64,000 bases of DNA from Phallusia mammillata. Its lineage: Eukaryota. Below the pieces are notes generated by a model. It did not search any database and was not told the DNA's origin. It was given only the letters and a program-made list of their open reading frames with translations. The DNA lies in contig OZ281496.1 in NCBI GenBank assembly GCA_965637545.1, positions 13,516,001 through 13,580,000 of the forward strand, read 5' to 3'. The translations under genes were made by a program, and so were the position numbers. The stretch's first letter is position 1, and each line of letters begins with the position of its first letter. This document shows positions 49,436 through 62,290 of the stretch, one piece after another.

Positions 49436-50632
49436 TTATTTTACTCTAGGAAGAACCATTTTTTGGATGTTTATGCTTGCACCACTTTTGTTTAGCCATT
49501 TGTCCTCGTAAATGTCCAATAAATGAACCGGTGGTTTTTGTACGAACTGCACAAAAAAACATAGAGCGATGTCTAAATGTTCTTCAAATATGTCGCTGTG
49601 TGCGATAGCGTAGTGGTGCGCCAAAGCCGTTTTGTCGTCGTTTGCGTTGTGTTGATGAGTCTTCCATACCGACCTGTGGCTATTCCAACGGATGGAAAAT
49701 CGGTTTTTCGTCTGGCCGACATACTGCGCATTGCAAATTCGACATGTTGCCACATAAATGCCGAAATCCCTACATGTTAGATGGGACGCTAATCTGAACA
49801 TCCCGTTTGGTGTAGTGAGGCTGTCGGATGCGTCCACCATAGACATGTGGTTACCGAAGTGGCCACACAATGCACAATGGCCGCATGGAAAAGAACCCGG
49901 CAGTGATGAAATGTTGGTCAAAAAACTGCTTTGCGCGATAGTTCTGTATCTTGTGAGGATCCTAGCCAGAGTCGGTGGCTTTCTGTAGGAAATCATCACA
50001 TTTGGTTGCAGCAATCGTTCTTTTTCACTAGCCTTCAGTAGATGAGGAAAACTAGTCGCCCAAACGTCCCTTTGAGCCCCAAACATTGTGGACGGGTTTG
50101 TCGGAAATCTTTCTGTCCATTTTCCTGCTTTACCAATGATGTCGTGGACCATGTTTTTTGGAAAATTTGACAATATGGCCTTTTGCTGAAGGTGTCGCAG
50201 ACTCTTTGAGTAATCTTCGTCTCTTTCATTAAGCCGACGCATCCTTTTCGCCTCACCATGCAGAATCGATTTAAAAACTGATATTGGATGGTGAGACCTT
50301 CCGTCCAGAAAACGGCGGTTGACAGCAGTTTTCTTTACGTGATTTTTTGTTACAAACTGGAACACGTCATAATTGCAGATGACGTGTTCCACGTCTAGAA
50401 AAGAAATGTGCCCCTTCTTCTGATCGGTAGCAATTAGCTGAAATGTCAATGCAAGACCAGATTCAGCAAATGATTTTCTTAAGCCGTCATTTATCTGTTC
50501 AGCTTTCTTTTTACCCAGACATATGTACGCAATGTCATCAATAAAACGAAATAAAGCGATCAAACTGATCCCGCCGCGTCTTAACCGTGCAGCAGCAAGT
50601 CGGTCCATAGAACATAGCATGACGAAATACAC
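49436..50632 (-). mobile_element. Penelope-like element (Neptune-like), 5'-truncated RT + Cys linker + GIY-YIG endonuclease
   Basis: FRFIDD, FLDV, SHHPISVFKSILHGEAKRMRR, PCGHCALC, GIYVATCRICNAQYVGQTKNRFSIRWNSHR. Confidence 0.92.
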
Positions 50633-50944
50633 ACGAAACTGTAGATGATTTCATCCAGCGAATTGTGTCTTCACAAGGCGAATTCGAAGCGTTCCAAAGC
50701 AGATCTTTCCTCCCACTAGTGTTGAAGCTAAACGCTCTTTTTCTGGGGCTGTTAATTTTGTTTTGTGTAGTCGATTGCACTTAAATTACATGCGAATTAC
50801 GACAATAGACCATGGCTCTTCAACCGGGGTTCCGTACAACTTTCTCAGGGGTTCCGTGAACTTTAAGGGTTCCACAGTGGTTCCCCGAGCTTTCTTGTAC
50901 CAATTCAAAAATGATTCATAATACAGCAACGCTGGCTTGTACAA

Positions 50945-52990
50945 CAGGGGTGCAAAATTTGTTTCGGAATGTGGTAGCGCGCAAAAATTTTTAGTAGCAC
51001 ATACCGTTTTGTGTATGCGTCTTGTTCCACCTAATGCACAACCATTTCGCTACTAACAGGCCGTATCACAGGTCCCTATTTCACAAACTGCCACCAAATG
51101 TATCAAATTGTTCATAATCTAGTGATTTGAAGAATTTTATGTCTAATCCATAGATTTTTTATTTTTTCAAAAAGTTTATGCCCAATCCATAGATTGAACT
51201 GTACAGCTTTAATGATTTGTTTCAATTGTTAAGTTGTTTGTTGCCTGCTGACATTTGGCATTGTTTGCACACAATAGCGTACAAAAAGTTCGTCACGTAT
51301 TGCTACCGAGAGTAGCCCCGAAAAATCTATTTATACTACCGTAATTTTCCAAGTATAGTGCGCCCCCGTACATAATACGCACCCTAAAAATGGCATGTCA
51401 ATGCTGGAAAAAAGCCTGTACCCATGTATAATACGCACCCAAATTTTTACTCTTAAATCCGTAAACGTGAAATTATTTCAGAAAAAAGATCATCTTTTGA
51501 AACAACCGGATGTTATTCTGCCGGTCAGTATCAATGCGCATGCGCTCGCAAACTCGATAGCGAAAAATGTTTAGGATTTGTGTAGGGTACATCGTGACAG
51601 CAAACGAGATCTTAGTGGTTGCGTTCAAGCGGAACCGATCTTAATAATTGCAGAGAATATTTTTATTTTTAAAACACAAATGAAGTTTAATATGTGTATC
51701 AGATTAAAATACCTAAAAATCAGAATATATAAATTCAAATTTGTATTCAAAATTTTAGTTCGATCCGTTGCATATCGGCAATGATCACCCCAATTACGTT
51801 GTCGCTAAATGGGCAGTGTGCAATATTTGACAATAACACACCATCAAGGATTGCACCATCACATCAAACGATGTGTCGTCAATTATGAATTTTGCTGACT
51901 AAGTGTGTTGGGCAGATGGCTAAATGTGATGCGCGATTGACAACAAACAAGAAGAAAGGTGTGATTTCAAGTTTTATTTCGAGGAAGATTTTCTTCAAAA
52001 ATTGTTGTACCCATGCATAATGCGCAACCCAGATTTTAGGACAATAAATTAAGTAAATTTTGCGCATTATACACGGAAAATTAATGTAGTCTTTTAAAAT
52101 TAAGTTTAAATCAACGCTGTACCGCCCACACATTTACTTCCATATACGATTTCGCGGTCGCATCTCTGAGTAGCATACGGCGACAGGTTGTGGAGCACTG
52201 CTTCAGTAACATCACGGCATAGTCTATTGATAGGTTTTGGAATTGGGGTTTGCCCGATATCTAGTTTTTATCCCGACGCCTGACAAATCGTCGTTAAAAT
52301 TGCTGATTCGGCAAATCGGTCTTTCGGCTCGTCTCATACGTTCTCAGATAGGAACAGGAAACGTCCAAACCTGACGCAGAGATTGTGTTTTAACTAGGCC
52401 TACCATATTTCAATCCCCAAAGAGGAGGACACATTGTTGAAAAGAACATAAACAAAAAAAAAACCGTTGAAAATGTGTGTGCGGCGTGAGTGACGTGTTG
52501 TTGAGTGCATGTGCGTTGCTAATTCTTTTTGAGACACGTGTGCGATTGCACCATACCCACGACTATCAGCATCACATTCGGGCCCAATGTGTAAGAATGC
52601 TTATTATGATAGTGAAAAGTAAATGTTCTTTTTAGGTTTTAAAAACGTTTGCGGAAATCATTACTTCAACAGATGACAGACACAGTCACGTCATGTCATG
52701 TCAATTGATGATTGCACATTTTACACAGTTACATCGCGATAGTGCCATATAAAATATGCAATTAACGTAATTCGGTCGCCGCTTGACTCCAGCGTGTTTT
52801 TCGCGAAAACAATATTGTTAGATCGTTGCCTACTCTCTATTTTTGTGCCACTTTATCATTGCTTTGTTATTATTCTGAGAATTAATTACAAAAATATAGA
52901 CCACCTTTAATTGTGACTACAAACTGCGGTCGCGCACGCAAGTTTATTGGTCGCGCGGCGCGACCGTGCGACCGCATTTTTGCACCCCTG
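50945..52990. mobile_element. Non-autonomous hAT element
   Basis: TIR caggggtgcaaaa / ttttgcacccctg; degenerate TSD ttgtacaa / ctttacaa. Confidence 0.65.
51339..52086. mobile_element. pogo/Tigger-type MITE
   Basis: ta|ccgtaattttccaagtatagtgcgc ... gcgcattatacacggaaaattaatg|ta; TA flanks. Confidence 0.7.
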
Positions 52991-53371
52991 CTTTACAATC
53001 TTACTTGCGTGTTGATCAAGTATTTATAATTTTATGACAAGTGGCAAATTACAAAACGTCTGTTGAACTATTAAAAAAGTCCATTGACAGTAAGCAGTAA
53101 TGCAAACCGGTTCGCTGATCTCTTTTTGTGTGACGGTTCTATAAAACCGGTGCAAACCGGCAGAATCCCACCACTGGATATATGGGTGTGGTTTAAAGTT
53201 TCATTAATTTTCCTTTGTTGAACATTCGACGGGTAAGTAAAACAATAAAAAATTGGGTCATATTTCACAAGATTTTAATATTTTTTTTATTTGCTATTGA
53301 CCCAGCGGCCATGGAATATTGCCTCGCGGGCCACGTGATGGATCTCCCTGGCGTAAGATTACAAGGACTGT

Positions 53372-53490
53372 AGGAAAGGCTTGGCCGAATGGTCTGGCGC
53401 GCCTGACCCACATACAGACATAAAAAAACCTTGATCGGGATTCGTCCCCGGGAGTGTCCTGGGTTCGAACCCCGTGAGGGCAGCTTGGTT
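53372..53490 (+). mobile_element. tRNA-derived SINE head or tRNA pseudogene
   Basis: A box tggccgaatggt (~53382) and B box ggttcgaaccc (~53462); no clean cloverleaf. Confidence 0.55.
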
Positions 53491-53654
53491 TAAGAAAGAT
53501 TGGTTAGTCGACAGCGCAAATATGCCCATATTTGCTGGACTTTCTGCAAAACACTCCGATTGCAAAACAATTTCAAAACCAGATGAAAAAGAAGGGCTCT
53601 CCACACAGGAATTTTTTCTCATTATTTTATCGGCTAAAAAACGATTTTTTAAAC

Positions 53655-54030
53655 CAGCGCTTCCCAACCGGTGGGCCGCGAAGCTTTTCAAACTACTATC
53701 ATGCCAATATAGAGGTTAACAAAAGTTGCACAATTTGTGTGAACGCACTTTCAAATTTAACCATTTTTCTCAAAAATATGATACTATATGAAAGGCGCAT
53801 GGCGCTTAAGATTTCACGTTAAACAAACTTGTCGCGTCACAACAGTACCTGTACTAGTTATAAAATCTTGTTGCTGCAACTCTCTTTGTTAACTTTATTT
53901 GGTCTTTGCGTAGCTACAAAATGGATAGTTTTTTTCATTATGGTTTTCTCGTAATATTATACGGTGGTCCGCCAAAAAAAAAAAAAAATTTTTAAGTGGG
54001 CCGCGAGCTGGAAAAGGTTGGGAAGCACTG
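53655..54030. mobile_element. hAT (Charlie/Buster) MITE
   Basis: TIR cagcgcttcccaacc / ggttgggaagcactg; perfect TSD ttttaaac. Confidence 0.9.
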
Positions 54031-54716
54031 TTTTAAACCGTTGGTCAGCATCAAAAAACACATTTGATTTCTGAGATTATTGTCTTCCGGATATGCGACT
54101 TGACCCAGCCGAAAAAGCTCTATAATAAACATTCTGTCTGTTTCTTCAACTTTCTGGGTCCGCGCTACCAGGTCTTGTTTGGCCTTGTTCCTGAACACAT
54201 TGCCGCTGGTTCATTTAATTCCAAGTGCCTTTAGGTCTTTGTAATCAGCCGTGTACGAGTCACTGCTGATTTGTCCCATAATCGAGTGACGGAATAAAAA
54301 TTCCTTTTGGTATGCTTTAAACAGTAATATACTGCACCGCAAGCTTTTTTAGACTACGTCATAGTCATGATACAATAGGACACTAAGCACATCAAATGGG
54401 TAATCCTACTCTACCATTGACAAGTTAGTTCCTGTAATTGTTATGTCGTGCGCTCGCTGTTTGCATTTTGACAATGGTTCTAAAACACCGCTTAGCAGAT
54501 TGTCAAATACTGCAACTGCTGGTTATAAATTTATTGTTAATTACACCGTGCACAGTGTGAAGCTTAAATAACTCGATGCTGTTGACGAAATGCATTTCAA
54601 ATACAATTTAAATCTGAAAAAGGTTCGTAGCATGTTCGTTGTTACTACATGTTAGTCCTACAGCAGTTCAGCACACAGAAGATTGTGACCGTTTTTTGCA
54701 GAGTATCGGGACCACA

Positions 54717-56598
54717 ATGAACAGACTAGAGCTGTGTCGTATTGGTTTTATTATTTCAGTTTTTCTGTCATTGACTTCAATATGTTTTCTGCTTTCGGAT
54801 GCTGCCGCTAAAATATTCCAATGCTTTTGTTTTGGTACTGCTTAGATTTATAAGAACCAACTTGCATTGTATGATTTCACTCAAATTTTTTGCGCTTGTG
54901 CGACAAAAGTTTTTCTCGAGGACCTTGAAATGTTTTGTGTTATGCAGGCCTGTTTTTAGGGACTACGAATCAACAAAATGGTGTACCAACAGTCACATTT
55001 GAATGGTTTGCCTCAGTTACATTCTATTTAAATCACACCGTTTCCTTTAGATACTATAGGTTCTGCATCATATGGTTAACATTTTGCAGTTGCAGACTGC
55101 GGAATTTCCGATTGGCTTAGTAGGAGGATATCCTGGCCGTTTCAAGTGCAAGTTTAGTTTTCCAAAAGGATCTGCAATTAATATTAATCACGTGAGGTTT
55201 GATGCAGATGAAATGAAAAGATGTTTTCATCCCGATACAAGGTATATACTCGTTAAGTTGCCCATTTTATGTCGTGTAGTAATGTTGAGTAAACTAATAT
55301 CGCGTACAAGTGGAAAATACCAACAAATATTTTACTTTAGGTATTTTACAATAATTCGAAAGCCATACGACAATTTTCTTCTTACAACTTTTTCCCCAAA
55401 CTGAAAGCGCCTTCGTTCCACTGCGATCAAATGCCATCAATTTACGTCAACCAGGGTGCAGACGCCAACACTCCTCAATTCCTTTCAAAAGCTGTATTAT
55501 TGCTCAATGTTATTGTCGGTTCCTTTCTATTTCAGGTGAGATTTGCCCCAATGCGGCAAACAAATTGTTTGAATACGATGAAATGACTTCTGGATCTGTC
55601 ACAAACACTCGATTAAAACGAAACCCACTTTTGTGTTCAGGTACCGAAATTCTCAGTCATATGATTTAGGAATTGACTCGATGATGGACGATGACAAAGA
55701 AATTAAAAGAGAGATACGAGAATTGGATAAAAACATGGATCTAGTTATGCTGCTTGAATATCTTGAGGAGTCTCTCATACTCCTAAAGGCTTGTTTGAGA
55801 TGCAAACTTCTATTTAACATGTTCTAACTTGAAATGTAACCAACAACGACTTCTTTTAAAAGGGTTGTGAATAGATTTGATGCTAATCATCAAAGATAAT
55901 TGTTTGTTTTTTTGCAAGAATATTTCAATGTTAAACTTTGAACCGAAAAATATCTTTTTTGTGTTAGGATCTACTGTGTTGCGATTGGGATGTTGTAAGC
56001 AATTTTGCCTATTTGAACAAAAATTTGTACAATCGAAAATCGCTAATTGATGAACAGGAGAAGGAAAACTTTCAGCAACTCTATAACATTGTACGGAAGC
56101 ACAGAAAAAGTTTTGTAACGCTCTTTCTGGAATCCGATATTATGTATAACACACTGTTACTCGCTTCGCAGTAAGCTTCTACACGTTAAGTCGCATGACT
56201 TGGCAGGAGTAGTAAACTTATGTTGTTATTTAAGAAGCGTCAAGCGATTGTTTATAGATTCGAATACCGCGCATTCTTATTTCTAGGCTTGATTTGGGTT
56301 AAAGTAACGTTGTGTTCCGTAACAGTTTGGTTTCTTTTGTGTTCAGGATATTGTACTTTACGATTACTTCAACAAAACCCTTTGGAAACGGGTTGACGCA
56401 TACGGACGGGAGAAAATGGCAAAGGATTTGGAAATACTGCGCAAAAGACAAACCAAGCCGTCAGCTGTAGGACCAAATCGTTTACCTCCAGAAGTAATTA
56501 TAAATTCCTCATTAAAAGCGGAGTTGCAAAATTATATGTTCAAAAATAACGGAAAATGCATACTTCCCGGTTGGAAAGAGCCCCTGCACATTCCTTAG
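54717..56598 (+). pseudogene. Galactose-3-O-sulfotransferase-like gene (multi-exon, apparently damaged)
   Basis: N-terminal TM; NHVRFD..YFTIIRKP; RNSQSYDLG..DLVMLLEYLEESLILLK/DLLCCDW; DIVLYDYFNKTLWKRVDAYGREKM. Frameshift near 55380 and no KTHKTAS PAPS-binding exon found. Confidence 0.72.
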
Positions 56599-56981
56599 AT
56601 GAGTGGTCGGCAAACTTTACATAAGAAAAGTTTATAAATGAAGAAAGATTCAAGTGAGAAAAAGTACAATCGAAATTAGTATTTGACAAACCAGTTCTTG
56701 CATCATGCACGCGTTTCTGTTTTCTCAATTGTAATTTAGTTTGATGGAGCGTCATTTTTGTCCTCTCATGACTAACCAACAGAGTTTTTCTGAATAAGTT
56801 TTGCTACATTTTTTCCGTTGGTTATTAATTCTTGCGTGTAACAATTTAAATACTAATATGATGTCATTGACACTTAAAGCACCCTAACGTCACCAACATT
56901 ATTGTCGAAAAGTGGTGTTTCAAAAAAAACATGACGAAGTAAAGACTGCCACTGTACGCTCAGTGACGACAGGAGTTAAAC

Positions 56982-57865
56982 CAGGGGTCTCCAACACGCT
57001 GCCCGCATGTGGCCCGCCAGGCAATTTTCCGTGACCCACGGCGTAATTAGCAATGAAAAATATATTGTAAAATTTAAAGGATGTGTTTGTTTTTTATTTT
57101 CCCTTTAAAGTATTTCATAATTCAAAATTATATATCAGTAAATTAAAATACCAAATTTAACCGTTGTGATACATTATTATTATTATTGTGATGAAATAAT
57201 GCATATCATGAAAGCGTTAAAATCCGTTAAGTTTTTTGTGTAGACTATTTTTGTTTAGCTTGGAGGTAAGGAAATTTTAAGTTGATTAGAGCCAACCAAC
57301 ATTTTAGTGACACTTATGCTGGTCGCATTGACTTTTTCAGAAGTGTATAGCCCAGTGGTTTCCAAGCCATTTAATTTAAATAACAGACGTCTCGTCATTT
57401 TTCGCGGTCCACGCCTAATTCAATGCTAAAACCAATTAATCAGCTTAAGCTACTAAATGTAATTTAACCTTTTGCCACTACAGCTTTATGATTTATTTTA
57501 CCTACATATTATCAATTGGTTACGCATATCAATGATCTAAGAGCGGATTGAGACATAACAGACAAAACTAAGATATGAAATTATGTGCAAACAATTGCTT
57601 TCTTTGTTGAATTTTATGATTTATAAAAACCATTGATGAACACGCAAGTAAGATTAAAAAGTCATGAGCTCTTGGAGGTCAACAAAAATAACGCCGTTAG
57701 CCACTAAGGGACCATGAACTATCTAGTTTGGAAACATCTGGCGTGGAGTGTTAAATCCACAGTAATGTAATCACATATTTTTCTATGATTGGTAGCGTGT
57801 AGTATTTAGTGGCCCGTGGCCACTAGAAAATTAGCCTTGGACAACCGTTGAGTTGTAGACCCCTG
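56982..57865. mobile_element. hAT (Buster-type) MITE
   Basis: TIR caggggtctccaac / gttgtagacccctg; perfect TSD agttaaac. Confidence 0.88.
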
Positions 57866-58129
57866 AGTTAAACTATATCTACGCCATTAGGAGTAGCAGA
57901 CTGCACTAAATCTTTGTATATATTGTTTTTTTGTGCTCTACAGTTTGATGCTTATAGACAAATTAGATCAAATGCACCGAAGCAAATTATACTTTTTGTC
58001 TATTGTGGTAGTTAACAGCACTGCCCTTTTCCCTTCGGTACGACGAAGAGGAAGCTGGCTTATTGCATTGTTCTGTACGTACCACAGAGTACACGCAATT
58101 TATCCAGCAATATGGAGACGATGCGACTC

Positions 58130-58470
58130 GACCGGTCTAATTGCAAAAGCTTGTTCATATCACATCAGATATTGCCGCAGCTTTAATCAAACAAGAGGAA
58201 GGGGTATAGTCCTTAAACGACTTTTTAACGCAAAATATTAACAAATCGGGAAACCGACGTATGCTCCCCCAACATTTTTATACTGCTAATTCGACGATGT
58301 TACTCAAATAAGCGGAGAGTACTTTAAAGACTGTGCTCGAAAGGAACTGTGGGAGTTTGCCAAGGATGAGGTTTTCGGAGAAAAATTATGGAACGAAAGT
58401 GTCGCGTTTACAAAAAAGTATCTTCCTCGGGAACTCAAATGTAGCGAAAATGTCATTATCGACTTTAAAT
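58130..58470 (+). pseudogene. Short-chain dehydrogenase/reductase (retinol dehydrogenase-like) C-terminal remnant
   Basis: FDDVTQISGEYFKDCARKELWEFAKDEVFGEKLWNES resembles the SDR SGxYFxDC..AxD..KLW..S tail; stops upstream. Confidence 0.55.
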
Positions 58471-59774
58471 ATCATTGTCGAATTTCGGGGACGAACAGAA
58501 TTAACTTGAACAACACACGCATAGGCAGATAAGGCAGCTTCGTTACAATAAGTTTTTTTTTGTGAATATTGTACTGATTGTACATTGTGGCAATCTGTGT
58601 TATAAAGTGCGCAATTCAACCAAACTGTTAGTTGCTAGCACCATGAATACGTTGAAACGCTGAACCAAGTGTAACAAGTAAAAACTCACTTTTCAGTTAA
58701 TATGTAAATAAAACTGAATTCGATTTTTTAAATCAGCTAGTCATTCACTATTACTTGAACGTCATCAATACAATCCTGTGTTTTAATTTCAAGCGACGCA
58801 TGTTTAAACAAAGCGCTAATATTCCATATCGCAACAATTACAGCAGCCAACGCAATTTTCACGTCAGAATGTTTGATCATATTATAATTAATACAACAGA
58901 ACAAGTATAATTAATAGAACATCCATCTATCTTTCGAATACTTCAATACATAGCCGTACTACATGACACACAGTTGTACGACGCGGCGTTTCCGCTTCTC
59001 AGTGACGTAACAATCAGTCGAACCTGCAAATGACTCCCGCAGGTGTTGTGTTTTGATTTAAACGTTTCAGACATCGAACAGTGTGTAAACTCGTGGTTGT
59101 ATTGTGCTTGCTGTTATAAGAAAAAGCCATTCACAGGCGAAGTTGTGCAGTCTGTTATTAGGATATTTCGTAAAAAAAGAAAATTTGTTAAGTTGGTGTA
59201 AACGACAATGTATATTGCGATTCCATTTTATGATATAAAGCAAGAGTCATATGTTGCGGTTGGAATAAGTTTGCAATAACTTTTTGTTTTTGACACTATT
59301 GTGTGGCATTTAGTAACCACAATAAAAACGACACTGACAGTTATGCAAATTGCATGTATGATGTTGTGTGCCTAGATGCCGCTTAACAGTTTTATGCCAT
59401 TGTTAGTTTACTTCTGATACCCGTCCACTTTGCGTTTACCGGCAGAGCGTCACAGGAAGTATGACGTCATCTAGAACAATGGTAACACAGCTTTACAACC
59501 TCCCATGTCCATATTATACTAGTTCACATTGAAGCAAAGCGTGTAAAAGAAGCATGCACTCAAGTAGCAGCCATGCAAAGAATCTAAAAGCTTGTAAAGA
59601 AAGTGTTTAATTTTTTTATTTTGATTTGGACGCTCTTTCTGAGACAGGTAAAAACAAGTGCAGCCTTTCAGGTTTTATTCAACGTAAAGCGCGATGCAAA
59701 CAAATATGTTACTTTTTTAGGTTGCATTTTCTTAGGCTAAGTAAAACTTTATTAGTTCGGTGGATTCAAACCTG

Positions 59775-61111
59775 ATGATGTCATACAATTTAGGAGTTTC
59801 TCGTAGTGATGATGGTTTACAAGCAGGGGAAGATCCCTATTCAGAAGTGGGAGTCCCATCTGCAAAACCTATTCCTGTTCAGGGTTATGTGAATTACAAT
59901 TTTGAGGTAGGAAAAACATACCCATATCTTGCTAATTTTGTTCATTGAAATCTATCCAACTTTCGCTAATGTAAAAACATTGATGTGGAGTTTGCATTAC
60001 TAAGTTGATTAGTTTAACTTAAACCACAAACACTTTATAGGTGGGGAGAAAAGGAAAGGCCCCAGGTCAGTTCGGGGGCTGGGTACAACATTTTACCACT
60101 AGCAAGGATGGCAGTTAAAGCGAAAACCAATGTGAGTAGCTTTAAAACACTGAAGATTACGATAGTTACGAACTCTAATTCCACAGTTGTTAATTGTTGG
60201 GGTAAAAAAAATAATTAATTTTAAAAAATGTATGATCTTGGTCTCGCATTCTCTCTTCTTTACAGTAGTTCCTTTCCGACCACTATGGAAGGATTTAACT
60301 TCCAAGCGCAAGGTGTCCAGGTTTTTAGGGACGGAAACTTATGTGTTAATTGCGTTGGTTTTGATGGGACTTCGAGGATTGGGATTTTCTCTCCCGAAGG
60401 CCGAAAAATAAGCAGCTTCGGACCGGGTGTGATCGGTTCAACATCTTGTATCGCTGTAGACAATATGGACCGAGTCGTTGCTATTGACAGGTAAGTTTGA
60501 AATGAAGAGCACATTCAATTAAGTTTGTACATTCGCTGAAATATAAACTTAGCCATCTATAAGTCTGGATAACGAATATAAGAATGATTTGTAAAGAATG
60601 TTGAACTTATAACGTAACATTATTGCAGTTGTAGGAAGATAAGGTTGAACATTTGATTTTTCTGTCATGCAGACGCAAGATGCGGATTTCTACGTGTTCA
60701 AAAGATGGCAGACTCTTGGAAAGTTTTAACCCGGGCATCAAGGGCGATCTCCTGCAGATTTGCTGCAACAGCAAAGGCCACGTGGTGGTGCCAAACCACC
60801 TTGAAAACCAGGTGGTAGTTTTTGACCCTTATGGGAACCCTATACACCTGATCCGCCCCCTAAGCGGTTGTGGGTACGAGATGAAGTACCCGGCCGGCGT
60901 CACGTGCGATTGTAATGACAACGTGTTTGTTTGTGATGTGGGGAATCACCGAGTTTTGCAGTTTAACTCTGATTGTGAGTTCAGGGCAGCGACATTAACC
61001 AAGCGTGACCACAAGCTATGGCGACCTCATGACGTCACTGCGACAAATTTGGGCGATTTAATTGTCAGCGAAGTTTCCGAAACTTTCAATTTTTCGCCAA
61101 AAGTGTATTAG
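59775..61111 (+). CDS. NHL-repeat (beta-propeller) protein, TRIM2/3/71 NHL-like, multi-exon
   Basis: VGRKGKAPGQF, CIAVDNMDRVVAID, MKYPAGVTCDCNDNVFVCDVGNHRVLQF, WRPHDV. The splice phase near 60115-60265 could not be resolved. Confidence 0.72.
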
Positions 61112-62290
61112 AATTTGCTTTCTGTAAAATCTCATTTTTGCTTTTGTTTGTTGTTGAACGAACTTATTTGAATTGTGTTTGTATGTTACCAGTTTAGTAT
61201 GTATATATCGCTACGGAAATTATAAACCGAAACATTTAATTAAGACGTAAAAATCACCTAAAATCCCACAGTTGACTTCATGAAGGTAAAAGCGGTTAAA
61301 TAATTTCTCTTCCTCATTTTTCTGTTATTATATAACACCTTAAACAGATTCGGGAGATCTACTCAGAAGTAGTAAATAAACAAATGTTACAAGTGTCATA
61401 ATAAAGCTATACTGAGTTGACACCTCAAAAGAATGGGTATAACCAGCATATGGCCACAAACAAAGCAAACTATCATCGTCTAACAGAGTTTAAAATGTAT
61501 TTCTTCATATGCTTTCGACACTAAGTGTGGTCAGAAACGGGCAACTGAATTGCTTCCGATTGTATAACTGCTACACAAACGCGATATATTGCGTGACTGA
61601 AGACCGAGTTCATGAAATCCGTATGCTATTTATAACATGGTTGAAAATATTAATGCTTTTCATACTTACAGCCATACTAAAGCGTAAGGTTTACATCGCT
61701 GTCGTATTGGTATTTTAAACCATGTTAAGAATAATTATAGGAGTTTCGAATTTCACGTTAAAGTTTGTTGAAGTTAAAATAATGTTTTTGGCAAAAAATG
61801 ACCACAAAGCTTGCACTTACGGCCACTTTTACAATAAAAGCACAGTTTTATTCCAAAGAACATACTGTGTGAGGAGATGGTACGAAACAACTTTATAGGT
61901 TAACGTGTAGTGAAAAATATAAATGCATTGGAAAACAGACCAGTTGACCACTAGACGTGCCATGGAAATTCACTCAACATACCACCGTTCATTTGACGGC
62001 CGCTGCTTTAATCCGCCCACATTATGTGCTCTGGTTTCCAACAGGAAGTTAAATTGCTTCCTGTCTGACAAGAACGCCTGCGTTCGCCGCACAACAATAG
62101 ACTTATTATGTGTGGAATGGCAAGGAAAGGCTTTGGAAAACTTTACTACATAGAAAATCGAGTTGGATGTAAGTTGCATGAAACTTAGACATACGATATG
62201 ACTTTGCAAATGCGTACGCAACGATATGCGAAGTACCACTTGAATACCCGATGGAGCAGTTATTTTCGAAATGACTTAGTTGGTCTACGA

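Noticed and set aside
53372-53490. Functional intron-containing tRNA-Leu gene
   Set aside because: A and B boxes are present but the acceptor and anticodon stems do not pair; kept only as a SINE or pseudogene
57353-57740. Nested MITE inside the 56982-57865 element
   Set aside because: TIRs are poor and the flanking 8-mers do not match
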